Of a DNA stretch of 64,000 bases, positions 60,430-64,000 are shown one piece after another. Every line of letters starts with the position of its first letter. The first letter of the stretch is position 1. Below the pieces are notes generated by a model. That model saw only the letters and a list, made by a program, of their open reading frames with translations, did no database searches and was not told the DNA's origin. Source of the stretch: Azolla caroliniana (lineage: Eukaryota; Plantae; Polypodiophyta); NCBI GenBank assembly GCA_043228905.1, contig JBHGNT010000001.1:6138001-6202000 (forward strand). Reading direction: 5' to 3'. Both the position numbers and the translations under genes were made by a program.

Positions 60430-61776
60430 TTTTTTTTATGAGAGGGGTGTATTGCTTGGCAGTAGACCGCGATTACAATGGGCTAAGTTGGACAATGGTA
60501 TAACTACCACAATAGCTTCTTGGGGAAATTATGTTTGTCACCTTAATAATTCATAGTTAGATGCTACCATGTGTAGGGGTTTTAGACTTATGTTTGATGA
60601 AATTAAGTTATCTTTAGGGAATTTTCTCCCTAATTGGTCACCTTCTTTTGAGCATGTTTGGTTTGGATATTTTACTCCGGTTGGTGTTATGATAGGAGCA
60701 AAAGGAACAACGTCTCAAGGAGACTGCTACTATTTTGATGTATCTGAGGAAGGAAGATTATGGCAAACTGATGTAATTTGGCAAACGACATTGCATCATC
60801 CGGTGAGAGTGATTGGAAAATCTAATAAAAGATGGAATTTAGATCCTTCTCCTTCTGATAATATGTTGTTTTGCCAACTATGGGTTTTTGAAAAAAAGTC
60901 ATTGTTGGACTTGCATTGGGATCCATAATATTATCTTTGGAAACATACAAATCCTTCATCTCATGCTAATTTTTTTCAATATTCTGTGAAGTTGGGATGA
61001 AGTTACTCTTAAGCAGGAAATTGCATCCGCCATCCGCTATGAAAGTGTGGTTGGTGAATGGGGGGCCTCTTTAATGGATGCATCTAAATATTGGAAGTGG
61101 TTATGGAGTATGCAGATTCCCAGGAAGATTGTCCTTTTTCGATGGTTATTGATCCATTATGCACTACCGGTTCGGGCTTGGTTCCGACAACTAAATAGTA
61201 AGTCATATGGTTTTGGTTGTGGATGTGTGATGGAATCAATTAAGCATGTATTGTGGTCTTTGTCCTAAAATTGTGCAAGTATGGCAGAGAGTATTAAGGT
61301 TATTGATATTGATACATGCTAATTGTGTGATCACTTGTGGTGCGGTTAGGTGGGGCATTCTAGAGGGACAACTCTTGTTATATGAAAAGGATGATATACT
61401 AGAAGCCTTTCACATAGTTCATCCTCATATACAAATGGTTCAACCTTTTATAAGTGATTGTTTGCAATTTAGGGATGATATTATTTGGAAGACAATTTCA
61501 TCTATTCTGATGTGGGTAATTTGGAAGGCGCAATGCACATCAATATTTGACAATGCCACTTAGGATGGTTCTATTATGATTGCTGAATTTTGGTTGTTAC
61601 TTGTTCATACTTTACGTGGTCAGTATGAAAGTTTCACAAGCAATGTTGATGTCATTTTTAGGAAGCAAATGCATTTTAAATGGTTATGGGACTCTATGCT
61701 CATTTTTAGGGAAGATGGAGATCACATAATTTGGATGTATACTGTTCCCGTCATTTTGGGAAAAAATGTCTACTAA
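60430..61776 (+). mobile_element. 5'-truncated LINE, 3' end of ORF2 (zf-RVT)
   Basis: YWKWLWSMQIPRKIVLFRWLLIHYALPVRAW...C.C.MESIKHVLW.CP...WVIWKAQC...LRGQY, homologous in layout to the 3' end of the LINE at 39571-40420. Confidence 0.8.
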
Positions 61777-62257
61777 TTTGTTTATGAACACTGTTACAGA
61801 TTTTGGTGGTATAGGTTATATTGCACACTCAATTGCAGTTTGCGAGGAGTAGACAATAAAAATCTTGGAATATAGTGTACAAATATGTGTAGTTCTTGTA
61901 TATACACATCAAATTGGTTAGGAGGAGACATATGTGGTAGGGAAAGACATTGAATGTCATCCTAAATATGGGAAATTTAAGAGAAAACAGGGGAAGAAGA
62001 ACATTATGGTATCATCAATTAAAAGAGAATGCCAAAAGAAGATTTCAATGTTGTGTCATTTCTCAAAGCTTGTGCTTAGTGGAAGGATCTTTGTGAAGGT
62101 TCTAGAATACATGCATATATTGTGAGAAAAAGGGTTGCTTGAAAAATGCTCGTATGTAGCAACATTTTTTTATCAGCATGTATGCTAATGTGGTGCTCTT
62201 TTGAAAGCACAAAAACTGCTCAGAAAGTTGCCAAGCTAAAATGTTATATTGTGGAAT

Positions 62258-62469
62258 GGAGTGAGAACCATAGGTGTAGAGCGATTCCTATGTCCAAAAG
62301 TTTTATTACAGCCATTTGTCATCGGCATAGAGGCTGCAAATATCCATGAAGTGTGATGTGGATATCCGGAAATACCTCTATGGTAATGTTGTGCTTAGTG
62401 GAGGATCCACTATGTTTCCTAGCATTTCTGCTAGGATGAGCAAGGAGATAACGACACTTGCACCTAGTT
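62258..62469 (+). pseudogene. Actin gene fragment
   Basis: [41 protein letters not shown] matches the actin C-terminal consensus; truncated and mutated. Confidence 0.88.
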
Positions 62470-62524
62470 GTATGTGTCTGGATTTGAAGCTCTATCTTTG
62501 CATCGCTCTTAGCATCAGAATCGG

Positions 62525-62748
62525 AAATGTTTTTAGGTCCTTCTCTCATGAATGGATGGATGGATTTATGGTTGGCATTAGCTTTGTTTTGGTGGTGGTG
62601 TTGTTCTGACCGAACCAACCATCATGTTTGAAGCAAAACCAGAATTGAAAATGTTTTTAGGTCCTCTCCTCATGAATGGATGGATGGATTTATGGTTGGC
62701 ATTAGCTTTGTTTTGGTGGTGGTGTTGTTCTCACCGAACCAGCCATCA
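62525..62748. repeat. About 100-bp direct duplication (period about 123 bp)
   Basis: aaatgtttttaggtcct...catgaatggatggatggatttatggttggcattagctttgttttggtggtggtgttgttct.accgaacca.ccatca is present twice. Confidence 0.9.
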
Positions 62749-63149
62749 ACTTTTGTATTGCTAATGATTTTATAATACCAAGGTGTATCTTTTCTTTGGA
62801 AGTTTCATAGTATTGTGACAAGGCAAGGAGTTTCACTACACTTTGTACTCTGGAGATGCGACAATGTCAATGCTGTAAAATCCTTTTTTTAACATTAAAA
62901 TTGGTGGTGTATATGTCATGAACCTAAGTTCGAATAAATACAATATCAAACAATTGGTTGAGACTTGGAACCCACAACTTTCAATCGTGAAGACACAAGC
63001 GCGATGATGTATTTTAGTTCGAGAATGGTAATAAACAAACGAGGGTAGTCTTCAAGCATTTGTTTTGAAAGCAAACAACTTGTGGAAGGGGGGGACATAT
63101 GTTATGGAGGGAATGGTCATGTTTCTTTTTTCTTGATGGAAGCGGTTGC

Positions 63150-63418
63150 CATGGGTTGGCAACGGTTCGGTTTTACCTTAACTGATTTGGAAGTTCTCAA
63201 ACTTGAACCAAACTGGTTAAGCCTAAACTGGTTTGGACAAGCCCTTTAGCCTTAACCGATTCGTAAACCGGTTTGAACATATCCAATTCAGTTCGGCTTG
63301 AGCGTTGCCAAATCGAGCTCAAACTGGTTTACAAAGCGAGCTGAGCCGAGCTGCAAAACCTTTTAAAAACAATATAACGGCTTGGTTTAGGCGTCAACCG
63401 AGCCATTGCCGACTCCTA
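63150..63418. mobile_element. hAT-like MITE in the SYF1 promoter
   Basis: Imperfect TIRs gttggcaacggttcggtt / aaccgagccattgccgac; internal AACCG/GAGC/GGTT subterminal motifs. Confidence 0.65.
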
Positions 63419-63752
63419 CATGGGTAGCAGAGCGATATGTGTTTTTAGGTAGTGTGTAGCCGAGAGGTGCCACCATGAGAAGGTTATGGGGTCCAAAATC
63501 ATATTTTCCATAAAAGATAAACCTTGTTTTCTAATATGGGGATATACATACATACATTATACATATACACATGTATGTATGTATGTGTGTATATACATAT
63601 AATATATATATATATTAAGATTTATTGCTCTGTTTTGCTTCTCTGCTTCAGACTGAAGGAGGAAGAAGGAAAAAACCGGAGGAAGGAGGCGAAGAAGGGA
63701 CAGACGGAAACAGAAAAATTGACAGAAAGACATACTGTAGCGGAGGGAGGAT

Positions 63753-64000
63753 ATGGCATCTTCCATCATACCTCAAGATCTTTACCCTTCAGAAGAAGAC
63801 CTAATCTTTGAAGAAGAGATTCTTCGGAATCCGTTCACTCTGAAGCTATGGTGGCGTTACCTAGCCGCGCGCAGAGATTCACCTTTCAAGAAGAGGAAAA
63901 TACTCTACGAAAGAGCATTAAAAGCTCTACCTGGAAGCTATAAACTATGGCATGCATACCTTCGTGAAAGAACAGAACTGGTGAGAGATCTTCCTATTAA
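63753..64000 (+). CDS. SYF1: Pre-mRNA-splicing factor SYF1/XAB2, N-terminus (runs off the window end)
   Basis: MASSIIPQDLYPSEEDLIFEEEILRNPFTLKLWWRYLAARRDSPFKKRKILYERALKALPGSYKLWHAYLRER. Probable 5'UTR intron acceptor cttcag at about 63651. Confidence 0.95.
   Translation, partial: MASSIIPQDLYPSEEDLIFEEEILRNPFTLKLWWRYLAARRDSPFKKRKILYERALKALPGSYKLWHAYLRERTELVRDLPI

Overview
Land-plant nuclear genomic DNA, most likely from a fern or another flagellated-sperm plant. That assignment is inferred from the intronless SHIPPO/ODF3-repeat gene, the long introns and the TE repertoire. Host genes: the 5' part of NEMF/RQC2 (-, six exons mapped, runs off the left end), an OBERON-like PHD gene (-), a PTI1-like/At3g15890-type receptor-like cytoplasmic kinase (+, 4 coding exons), a 642-aa PGPGxY-repeat axonemal-type protein (+), and the start of SYF1/XAB2 (+, runs off the right end). 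Mobile DNA: a decayed Ty1/Copia (30615-35926, TSD AATAT) inside a PPR relic, and a full-length decayed L1-type LINE (-, about 39500-55832). The LINE is interrupted by a very young Ty3/Gypsy (45652-55407, two apparently identical 420-bp LTRs, TSD GTGTC) that has a long open gag-pol frame and an extra 970-codon sense ORF. There are also solo LTRs, hAT relics, a tRNA-derived SINE, a MITE and many local tandem duplications. Top leads: (1) the young Gypsy with its large coiled-coil accessory ORF, no polypurine tract and an out-of-frame gag start; (2) an intronless, circularly permuted SAC/FIG4 pseudogene that looks like a retrocopied circular RNA. Coordinates and family assignments come from reading by eye, with no database searches.
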